64,000 bases of DNA from the human T2T-CHM13v2.0 reference genome, Homo sapiens. The position numbers and the translations under genes were made by a program. Shown here one piece after another: positions 29,038 through 64,000 of the stretch. The stretch lies in the NCBI RefSeq assembly GCF_009914755.1, contig NC_060935.1; one strand, written 5' to 3'. The notes below the pieces were generated by a model. The model saw only the letters and a program-made list of their open reading frames with translations, was not told the DNA's origin and did not search any database. Position 1 is the stretch's first letter, and every line of letters begins with the position of its first letter.

Positions 29038-31470
29038 TTTGTGACACTAATTTTACAATCCACTTCCTTAATGGAATGCATCTCATAGATTAAAAAACAT
29101 TGCTAAGTGGGCATATTTCCAGTTAATATTATTTTTAAAACTAAAAGAGGACTGAATTTTTGTTTTTGTTTTTCATTTAATATGGCGCGGACATCTTTCC
29201 ACACTGGTATCTTACAGCTCCACCTCACTGTTTTCTGTTTCTTTGAGACGGTCTAACTCTGTCATGAAAGCTAGAGTGCAGTGGCATGATCACGGCTCAC
29301 TGCAGCCTTATCCTCCCTGGTTCCCACCTTGGCCTCCTAGGTAGCTGGAACTACCGATGTGCACCACTACACCTAATTTTTTTTTTTTTTTTTGAGACAG
29401 ACAATTTCGCCCAGGCTGGAGTGCAGTGGCACAATTTCAGCTCACTGCAACCTTCGCCTCCTGGGTTGAAGTGAGCATGTCTGGCTAATTTTTGTATTTT
29501 TTATAGAGATGGGAGTCTCCCTAAGTTGGCCAGGCTGGTCTTGAACTCCTGGGCTCAAGCAATCCACTCACCTCTGCCTTCCAAAGTGCTGGGATTAGAC
29601 ATGAGCCACTGCGCCTGGCCCACTTCACTGTTTTAAGGGCTTCATGAATTCACATGCACCTACCCCGGCTCAGGTAACCTGCCCTCACTGGAGGCACTTA
29701 GGTTTTTTCCAATTTCTTGCTGTTCCAAACCATGCCACAGTGAACTTCGTTGTTCCTGTGCAGTGCCAGAATGTCTGTGGTGCAGGCTCCTAGAAGCAGG
29801 ATGGCAGGCTCCTACCTCTAGACATTTCTTTTTTTTTTTTTTTTTTTTTTTTGAGACGGAGTCTCACTCTGTCACCCAGTCTGGAGTGCAGTGGCACAAT
29901 CTCGGCTCACTGCAACCTCCGTCTCCTGGGTTCAAGCAATTCTCTGCCTCAGCCTCCCGAATAGCTGGGATTACAGGTGCCGCCACCACGCCCAGCTAAT
30001 TTTTTGTATTCTTAGTAGAGACGGGGTTTCACCATGTTGGCCAGGCTGGTCTTGAACTCCTGACCTCGTGATCCACCTGCCTCGGCCTCCCAAAGTGCTG
30101 GGTTTACAGGCGTGAGCCATGGCGCCCGGCCAGCATTTCCCATTTTGATCTTAGCTGCATTTCGAAGCCTCTGGGTAGGCGATATGCTCACTTTCTTCCT
30201 TGTGTGTGTGTGATGGAGGGTAAATGGTGCTGACCGAAGGGTCCCACTCAGGCAGCCTATCTGTTCAGCCCTCCTCTGACCACAAGCCCCTTTCTGCAAG
30301 ATGGGAAGCTCCAGCTTCTTCCAGACCTCTCTCTAGGCAAACTTCATGGAGGCATGAAGACATTGTGCTTTACCATTTACTAGACCTGAGTTTGAATCTC
30401 ACCCATGCTCCTTAAACACTCTGGATTCCATTATCATAGCTACGAAAAGAATATAAACCTCTCAGGGTTGCAGGGAGGATGAAGCTGAACACGTGAAGTG
30501 CGTTGCAAACAGTTACACAGGAGTTAGCTATTGTCCTCAGCTGGTGCTGACAGCTCTTTCCCAAGCATGAGAGAGGCTCTTCCGTGCTGCCTATCCACAC
30601 TTACCTGCAGCAATAAGGCTGTCTCCTGAGTTTACAAAAGGGCTTGGTCCTTGACCTATTTCCTCACTTCTTCTGGACTTCTTGAGCGCTAAAGTAAAGA
30701 ATGAAACTCTTGGACAAAGCCATTCATTCAACAACAAATATTTATTGAGCACCTACTACATGCCAGCCACTGTGCTAAGCACCATCTGGGCCTCAGTTTT
30801 TCCATCTGCAAAAGTAGGAACTGTGCTTCTGAACAGGGAAACGCTGGGCCTCTGGGTGGGGGCAGCCTTTGGGGCGGGACTGCAATTCCGTCATTGGAAC
30901 CCAGGGACGCCCCGCATGTTTCCGAACGGCCTCCAGGGGGCACCGCCGCCCTGAACTGAGAGCCACCGGAGCCGGGTAGGGGGAGGCCCAACTTTCCGCT
31001 CTGTCAGAGGATGATGCCGAGGGCCCAGATGAGCAGGATTTGGACTGTGTTGCTGGGAACGGGGGCCTACACTGGCCCCAGGATGAGTTCGTCCGTACCT
31101 GGGGGCCCTGGGTTCTGACTCTCAGGTCAGACGCAGCCAAGATGCAACTCAGGAACTTCAAGGTTTCCGCTCCGGCCAAGAGCCCCAGTCCGGCAGGGGA
31201 AAGGGTGGGGGAGTCGCCCTTGCTCCCCCAGCCTCAGCCCTCGGGAGGCGCAGCGTCAGGGCGGGCGGCAGCACAGAAACCCCCCGCGCCGCTAGAGGGA
31301 CCCTCGCAGCAGCTGCGCGGGCGACCTCGCGGTCACGTGCGGCAAGGGCGGGACCAAACGAGCGTCCGGCCAATCGACTATGCCGTCGGCGAGCGTGATA
31401 GCCAACAGGAACCGGGAGCGGGGTCCCGGGACTGGGAAGAAACGGCGGCCGGGAGGGGGCTCCGGGGACC

Positions 31471-39119
<7,649 letters not shown>

Positions 39120-39236
39120 ACCACTCCAGATGCCCCCCACCTAGCAGTCCAGGTCCCTCAACCTTCACCAAACACTACCCATGGGGGGTTGGGAGTCAGC
39201 CGGCCAAACTAACACTCCCCCTCCTCCACCCCAGCC

Positions 39237-39390
39237 TGCTGCTGCTACTGCTGCCCGCTGCTGCTCTGTGGCCACCCGGCTCCCATGGCGGGAGGGCTGT
39301 GCCCTGGCTGTCTCTCTGGCTCCTGACCTGGCCTTTGGCTACCATACCAAGAAGAGAGGGCTGGGCGGGGAGGAGCTGCTACTGCTGCTA
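39237..39390 (+). promoter_or_regulatory. miR-15/16/195/497-family seed-site cluster in ARL2 3'UTR
   Basis: 8mer TGCTGCTA at 39240-39247 and 39383-39390; TGCTGCT 39259-39265; GCTGCTA 39375-39381. Confidence 0.8.
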
Positions 39391-39426
39391 CCGAGGCTGT
39401 GGGCCTCATCCTTCACTCAGTTGTGA

Positions 39427-39432
39427 AATAAA
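39427..39432 (+). terminator. ARL2 polyadenylation signal AATAAA
   Basis: AATAAA about 310 nt after the stop codon. Confidence 0.85.
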
Positions 39433-40467
39433 CCGCTCCTTGCCCCGATTCCTGGCTGAGTCATTTGTTGATTCAACAGCGTTAGAGACCACCTGGGACC
39501 CTCAATCTAGCAGGGGACAGAAAGGAATGGATCATTGGAGTCGATGGTGAACTGTGGCTATGTCAAAGGGATGCAGAAAAAGTTATAGAAGCATGGGACA
39601 CGGTGCAACTGATTCCATCTGCAGGCTTCCTAAAGGAGGTCACATTAAAGCTGGGAGTAAAGCGCGAGTAGTTTTCTAGGTAGAGGAAGGGGAAGACAGT
39701 TCACCAGGGGAAATCCAACTCTCATAGGTATGAATTAGAAAAACAGACACAGCTGCAGACCAGGGCTCCAACTTTTTGCATGGAACATGGGCTGAAATTC
39801 AGCTCCCAATTCTCTGTTGCAGCCAGGAACCCATGTGCAGTGGACAACCTGAACAGCTGTACAAGGCCAGCACAGATTCAGGCAGAGGGGATCACAGGAC
39901 AGGCATGATGAGCAAGGGCTCCGGCTGGGCGCGGTGGCTCACCTGTAATCCCAGCACTTTGGGAGGCCAAGATGGGCGGATCATGAAGTCAGGAGATCAA
40001 GACCATCCTGGCTAACACGGTGAAACCCCGTCTCTACTAAAAATACAAAAAATTATCCGGGCGTGGTGGCGGGCGCCTGTAGTCCCAGCTACTCGGGAGG
40101 CTGAGGCAGGAGAATGGCGTGAACCCGGGAAGACGGAGCTGGCAGTGAGCCGAGATTGCGCCACTGCACTCCAGCCTGGGTGACAGAGCGAGACTCTGTC
40201 TCAAAAAAAAAAAGCAATGGCTCTTGGGAAATGGGGAGGTGCATAGAGTCATGTGTAGGAGAGAGTGCAGCCAGAGGGTGGGAGGGGGGCCACATCAGGC
40301 AGGGGTAACTGAGGCCTTCCCTGAAGGCTACAGGAACTCAGAAGCAGTGCCAGGTTGGGAAAGGATAGGAAATGAGGCCACCCCAGGGGTCCAATCCAAG
40401 TGGCAAAACTGGCAGATGTTTTCATGGCACAGGGTCCTAGCAGCTGCTTACTCTGCAGGGTTCTGTG

Positions 40468-41792
<1,325 letters not shown>

Positions 41793-41881
41793 CTGTTCTA
41801 AGTACTACCCATTCCATTCAGCAATACAGTTAGGGACAGCCCTATGCAGTGCCGCCTATCAGGATCCTCTCTTATATGGGA

Positions 41882-42155
41882 CACTAAGGGGTGGCACTGG
41901 CGTGGCACTGTACAGAGAGCTCAGGTGCCCCGGGGAACAGATAAGCTCTCCCAGGGGCCGGGGAGGCTTCCTGGATGGGCTGACCCTTGAGCAGGGAGGG
42001 AAGGGTCTGCGGTCACTGGCCACCACCAGCACCTTTGTTCTCCCAGGCCCTGCATCTGGACTCTCTGCAGCCACCACTGGTACGTCAAGGGCTGCAGCCC
42101 CACTGCTGGGGAGAACCCACTGCCTGGCATTGACTGGCTCCTGGATGACATTTCC
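41882..42155 (+). pseudogene. Unprocessed partial duplicate of ARL2 intron-4 end plus exon 5
   Basis: Collinear with 38766-39095 (shared CACTAAGGGG, GGCTTCCTGGATGGG, GACTGGCTCCTGGATGACATTTCC). Has a ~55-nt intronic deletion and a 2-nt frameshifting exonic deletion; acceptor AG kept at 42045-42046. Confidence 0.92.
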
Positions 42156-42650
42156 TCCAGAAGGTTAAGTGCAATCTCTGCCTGCCGGGTTCAAGCAACT
42201 CTCCTGCCCCATTCTCCCGAGTAGCTGGGATTATAGGCACCCGACACCACACCTGGCTAATTTTTGTATTTTTAGTAGAGATGGGGTTTCATCATGTTGG
42301 CCAGGCTGGTCTTGAACTCCTGATATCAAGTAATCTGCCCGACTTGGCCTCCCAAAGTGCTGGGATTACAGGCATGAGCCACTGCACCTGGCCCCCAGCT
42401 AATTTTTAAATTTCTCATGAAATCAGAGGCAGCCTGTTGCCCAGGCTGGTCTTGAACTCCTGGCCTCAAGTGATCCTCCCGCCTTGGCTTCCCAAAGTGC
42501 TGGGATTACAGGCATGAGCCCCATGCCAGGCTTTGCTTCTTTCTGAAGACCAAGGCACCGCACCTGTACACCTGAATTCCAGGAACAAGAGTGGCTATTC
42601 ACAATGCTTCCTCTGCAGTAAATACTATGTATTGTATGTAAGCCTACCAA

Positions 42651-44187
42651 CTTCATGCTGCATTTCAACAGATTTTTGCTTCAATTCTAACACTGACTGG
42701 AGCAAAGGTCTCAAAACCCATGCCAGGTTTGGGAACACCAGTCTCCACGTGGCCCACACTGACAGTACCAATACCACCAATTTTGTGGACGTCTGGAGGG
42801 GCAGAACCAAGAGCTTGTGAGTTGGTGGTAGGATGTGATCTAGAGCTTCCGAGCAGCGTGGTTCCACAGCATCGCCATCTTTACAGGTGACTTTCCATCC
42901 CTTGAGCCAAGGCATGTGAGCTCTTGGCTCCCGCCTGTTGTGACCACTCCAACCAGATATTGGCACAAATACTACTATGTCAGAGTTGTAGCCAATTTCT
43001 TAATGTAGGTGCTGATTTCCTTAATGATTTCTCCCATCTCTCCTTTTTTTTTTTTTTTTTTTTGAGATGGAGTCTCACTCTGTCCTCTGTCTCCCAGGCT
43101 GGAGTGCAGTGGCACGATCTCAGCTCACTGCAACCTCTGCCTCCTGGTTTCAGGCAATTCTCTGCCTCAGCCTCCCAAGTAGCTGGGATTACAGGCACCC
43201 GCCACCATGCCCAGCTAATTTTTGTATTTTTAGTAGAGACGGGGTTTCACCATCTTGGTCAGGCTGGTCTTGAACTCCTGACTTCCTAATCCACCCACCT
43301 CTGCCTCCCAAACTGCTGGGATTACAGGCGTGAGCCACCACGCCCGGCCCCCATCTCTCCTCTTTAGGGTGGCTCATTGGGATCCATTTTGTTAACACCA
43401 ACAATTAGTTTCACACCCAGCGTGTAAGACAGAAGGGTGTGCTCACGCGTCTGCCCATTCTTGGAATTACCAGCTTCAAATTCATCAACACCAGCAGCAA
43501 CAATCAGGACAGCACAATTAGCCTGAGATCAGGTTTTTGATAAAGTCTCTGCATCCTGGGCCATTGAGGATGGTCACATAGTACTTGCTGGTCTCAATTG
43601 CCAGCAGGGAGGTATCAGTGGTGATACCACTCTCACGTTCAACTTTCAGCTTACCCAAGACCCAGGTATGCTTGAAGGAGCCCTTTCCCATCTCAGCAGC
43701 TTCCTCAAAATTGTCGATGGTTCTTTTGTGGATCCCACCACACTTGTAGATCAGATGGCCAGTAGTGCTGGACTTGCCCAAATCAGATGATGATGTTGAG
43801 CTGAGTCTTTTCCCTCCCCTGCTCCCTTTCTTTTGAGATGGAGTCTCACTCTGTTGCCCAGGCTGGAGTGCAGTGGTGTGATTGCAGCTCACTGCAGCCT
43901 CAACCTCCTGGGCTGAAGCCATCAGCCAGCTCAGCCCCTGGAGTAGCTGGAATTACAGGCGTGCGCCACCACGCCCAGCTAATTTTTGTATTTTTAGTAG
44001 AAACGGGGTTTCACCATGTTGGCCAGGCTGGTCTTGAACTCCTGACCTCAAGTGATCCACCTGCCTCCACTGCCCAAAATGCTGGGATTACAGGCGTGAA
44101 CCACCGCGCCAAACCCCCATTTTGGCTTTGATTTAACGGTGGTTTTCACGACACCTGTGTTCTGGCAGCAAACCCATCGCAAAAAAG
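42651..44187 (-). pseudogene. EEF1A1P18: Processed EEF1A1 pseudogene, 3'-truncated, split by two Alus (~43044-43350, ~43830-44115)
   Basis: EEF1A1 5'UTR with TOP-like CTTTTTT start and spliced AGAACACAG|GTGTCGTG junction; ATG at 44120; degenerate [23 protein letters not shown] peptide; homology stops at KSVEMQHE. The pseudogene number is from recall only. Confidence 0.9.
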
Positions 44188-44800
44188 CTCCACTGCCCTA
44201 CACAGATTCTATTATAAACATCTCCATTCTACAGATGAGAAACTGAGGCTGAGTAGTTAAGGGAAACTCCTACAGCTAGTAAGAGTCGTGACTCAGAGCC
44301 CATGACACCATCCTGCTTCTCCAACCTTCTTTGCTTCCTCTACTTTCCAGAAAACATGAATTAGGGAATCCTGTGGAGGGAGACAGGGAAATAATTTGAC
44401 GTTGTCCTGTACATACTGGACACAATAAGAGTTGGGTGGATGAACGAAAGCAGGGATTTAGGAAGCGGGGAGAAGTCGTTTGGAAGTCTGTGACAAGGGT
44501 TTACGCTTGGATAGGGTGGGCTTGATCACCCGGCAGAAATGAGACGAGTGATCCCAGCCTTCCCAACCAATCTTTCCAGTGACCTGGGTTTACGCTTCAC
44601 CACAGAGAAGGAACTTTTCAGACGCTCCCTTGGCCGCGCACCCGGGATCGGAACAGCGCTGTCACTTGCGACAAAATCCCTAGGCCAGAGGAAGAAGAGC
44701 GCAGGCCTGGGCGAGGCGGCGGCGGGCGGAGGCTGGGCCGGAGGGGTGGGGACGGCGAGGAGGTGGAGGCCGGCGCTCCGCTCCGCTCCAGCTCGGTTTC

Positions 44801-57075
<12,275 letters not shown>

Positions 57076-57219
57076 CAGGGAGTGGGCCATTCCCTGGGAC
57101 TCTCACTCCTGCACTGCCAGCCCCTTCTCCTCTCCCCAGGGCCTGGCCCTACCTCCTGGTCTTGTAATTACAGGAGCCATTTCTGTAGGTAACTGGACCA
57201 AGAATGAGAAAAATAATGA

Positions 57220-57607
<388 letters not shown>

Positions 57608-57653
57608 TGAGCAGCAGCTGTGGTCATTAAACCATTAGTTTACCCCTCTAGAA

Positions 57654-57998
57654 CTGGGGTCTGCAAACTCCCACCTGCAGCCAAATCTGGCCCACCTCCT
57701 TTTTAATGTAAGGGCTGTGAGAGTGGTTTTTACTTTTTTTAATGATTAAAAAAATCAAAATAATATTCTGTGACAATGACAGGTGAAATTTATATGTGAC
57801 AAGTGAAAATTATATGAAATTTAAGAGTCCATAAATAAAATTTGTTGGAACACAACCAGGCTAATTCATTTAGTATTGTGATAGCTGCTTTCGCGCTACA
57901 CTGGCAGTTGAAACAGTTGCAGAGTTGAGTCTTTGCCGCCTGCAAATCCCAAAACATTTACAACCTGGCCCTTTGCAGAAAACATTTGCTGGCCCCTG
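57654..57998 (+). mobile_element. MER58B-like hAT/Charlie DNA transposon
   Basis: Terminal repeats CTGGGGTCTGCAAAC ... TTTGCTGGCCCCTG; internal GCTGCTTTCGCGCTACA; flanks CTCTAGAA/AGCTAGAA resemble the Charlie target site. Confidence 0.8.
57834..57839 (+). terminator. Likely SNX15 poly(A) signal AATAAA (alternative ATTAAA at 57626-57631)
   Basis: Canonical hexamer between the SNX15 stop and the SAC3D1 promoter; lies inside the MER58 element. Confidence 0.6.
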
Positions 57999-58139
57999 AG
58001 CTAGAAAATAGGGAGCATAGTCTCCAGGGAAATAGAGGACAAGCCGATGGAGCCGGTTTATTGGGTGGAAGGGACGAAGGAGAGGAACCCAAAGCCCGGG
58101 TACTTGTCTCAGAGGCCCCAAAGCCAAATCCTGATTGCT

Positions 58140-62009
<3,870 letters not shown>

Positions 62010-62084
62010 GGAGGGAGCGTGAGCCTCCCAGAGCCCCAGGACTGGGCCAGAGCACTTAGGTTTCTTTTTCCATGGTTTCCAGGT

Positions 62085-62090
62085 AATAAA
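62085..62090 (+). terminator. SAC3D1 poly(A) signal
   Basis: AATAAA 75 nt after the stop, followed by a GT-rich tract. Confidence 0.85.
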
Positions 62091-62127
62091 AGGAACTTGT
62101 TTTGTTGGTACCAGTCACTAGATGTGA

Positions 62128-62133
62128 TTTATT
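62128..62133 (-). terminator. NAALADL1 poly(A) signal
   Basis: TTTATT on + strand about 420 nt past the NAALADL1 stop. Confidence 0.8.
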
Positions 62134-62552
62134 TGAGGGGCTGTTGTAGGGAGTTAGGATACACAGCATGCAGGGAGAGGAACGCAGACTAGCCAAGGCC
62201 TAAGGTACCCCAAGACTCACTTTCGCCACTGGTCCTTGGCCTTGATGACCTGAGTTGGCATCTGAGGTTGGCACGCATCCCATCTCCACCCACCTGCCAC
62301 CAAGGGCAGTTGGTGGTTTTGCCATCCCATCCCTGTCCCCTGCTGCCCACCCTCTGCCACCTAAGCACCAGGATGAGGGTGAGTTGCATTAGGGCTTGCC
62401 ACTCCCCTCAGGGACCTCAAGCTGTTGCCTGAGAAGCTTGAGAGGGTCCTGTGGTAGTGCCCTCTTCTGGCACCAAGGAAGACCAGGACATCTCAGGAAA
62501 GCAGGCAGGAGAGGGTTGGAGTAAAGGGAGGGCTGAAGAAAGAGGGCTGGGG

Positions 62553-63808
62553 TCAGAGGTCAGCCACAGGCCTCAGGGTGGCTGCCGCACCCTCCAGGGC
62601 TGTCACCACAATGCTGAGCTGTCTCTGGACCTCAGCCCAAGCTTCAGATCCAGAAGCTGTGTCCCTGGCCCTGGAGCAGGCATTGGATAGGCCCGGGAAT
62701 GTGACTACGGAGCCCGTGCGAGGTGCCCAGAGCACATGGCTGACAAGAGAAATGGGACAGGATCAGGGTCAGTCAGTCAGGGGCCAGGAAAGAGAAGCCT
62801 GGGCCTAGAACTGGCTCAGCTCCTGTACGCAGCGAGGCAGAAAAGCACCCCCGTCCACTTGTCTCTGAAGGCCAGGGAGCTCTTACAGCAGTGGCGGTCG
62901 GGGGAGGAAATGTGGGTTCCAGTCCTAGCTCCCAGAGGGACCCTCAAGCAACTTTCCTCCCCTCCCTGAGCCTTACATTCCCATCTTCTTCAGGGGCTGG
63001 GTTGCACTCTAAAGGGCAGAGAAGCTGACCACCTCGTCTCAGGTGGGGAGCCATTGTCCGGCCCCACCTGGAGGCACCTCCCAGGACTCTGGGACAGACT
63101 CACCTGTAGTAGCGTTCCTCTGGGAAGGCTCTAGGGTTCAGAAAGGTCCGTTCCAAGAGCATCAACTGGTCATTGAGCATCCGGACCTGCAGGGGGCTGG
63201 TGGGGAGGCAGGAACTGCCAGTCACCCTGGAGCCAGCAGCCCAGCTACCAGCCTGGTATCCTGCCCTGGGTGCTGCCCTCCCAGCCCCTGCCCGCTGCCC
63301 TTGCTCACTCAGGGCTGCCCTTCTGCAGTGTTGATATGCGTTGGCCCAAGGCTGCAGCTTCTGCCTCAAACTTCTCCACTGCAGTCACCAGAGGCCCTGT
63401 GAGGAACAAGCAGTGGCTCAGTCATGGGGGTGCAGGGCTCCCCATACCTCAGGGTCAGGGCTGTGCATACCCAGGCTGATGCTGTGCTGCTCCAGCAGGG
63501 CCCCAAGATCTTGCTGGGCTGCCTGCAGGAAGCTGCGGAGTGTCTCACTGTAGTCACTGACTTTGAGGGGCAGGAAGAAGCTGTCACTGAGCCGGAGAAT
63601 CACACTCCCCGCTGTCCGGGCCACAGCCTGATGGCTGCTGAAGCCTGCGGCAAGGTGACAAGGCCAGGGCTCAGTCTTCAGCCTCTCCTGTCCTGGTCTC
63701 AGGATGCCCCTTGTCTCCCTCCTCACCCGGGTCCAAAAACTTGTCCACATAGTCAAAGGTGTCAAAGGCTGTGTGGTAGGTGGGGTAGATCCTGGCTGAA
63801 GTCTTGCT
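62553..63808 (-). CDS. NAALADL1: Aminopeptidase NAALADL1 (M28 family, GCPII-like), last five coding exons; gene continues beyond the window
   Basis: Exons 63808-63727 ([18 protein letters not shown]), 63644-63471, 63396-63309, 63196-63104 ([18 protein letters not shown]) and 62739-62553 (HVLWAP...RPVADL*). Phases are consistent; all GT-AG. Confidence 0.95.
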
Positions 63809-64000
63809 CTGGGGGAACAAAGCCCAGAGGTGACAGGCTTGGGATGGGAAGTGGGAGAAGGTGTACCTCCAGTGAGCTGCAAAATGTGGGCATTATCTCC
63901 ACTGAATCTTGGCCATGTCTGTGAGGTGGCTTCTAGAATTCCCACAGAAAAGGAAACTGAAGCTCAGAGAGGTTAACCTGCTGATATCACATAGCTAATT

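Overview
Human (primate) genomic DNA, very Alu-rich, recognisable as the 11q13.1 interval BATF2(-) / ARL2(+) / SNX15(+) / SAC3D1(+) / 3' end of NAALADL1(-). I reconstructed all exons from splice signals and reading frame: BATF2 274 aa, ARL2 184 aa, SNX15 342 aa, SAC3D1 404 or 358 aa, and the last five NAALADL1 exons. The window also holds the tailed mirtron MIR6879 (ARL2 intron 2), a U12-type ARL2 intron 1, an HML-2 LTR5-type solo LTR containing an AluY, a 3'-truncated EEF1A1 processed pseudogene, and many older transposon fragments. I see no wholly new gene system. The best leads are: (1) a diverged local copy of ARL2's last exon with an intact acceptor, inside the ARL2-SNX15 read-through interval where flanking exon phases allow an in-frame fusion; (2) a ~445-bp inverted duplication with a 73-bp perfect core flanking 5.8 kb; (3) an intronic BATF2 first exon giving a zipper-only isoform, plus a NAGNAG acceptor at the basic-region/zipper junction; (4) an ISRE and tandem GAS sites upstream of BATF2; (5) a shared bidirectional poly(A) site between SAC3D1 and NAALADL1. 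Coordinates were counted by hand. Repeat boundaries and subfamily names are approximate and were assigned from memory of consensus sequences.
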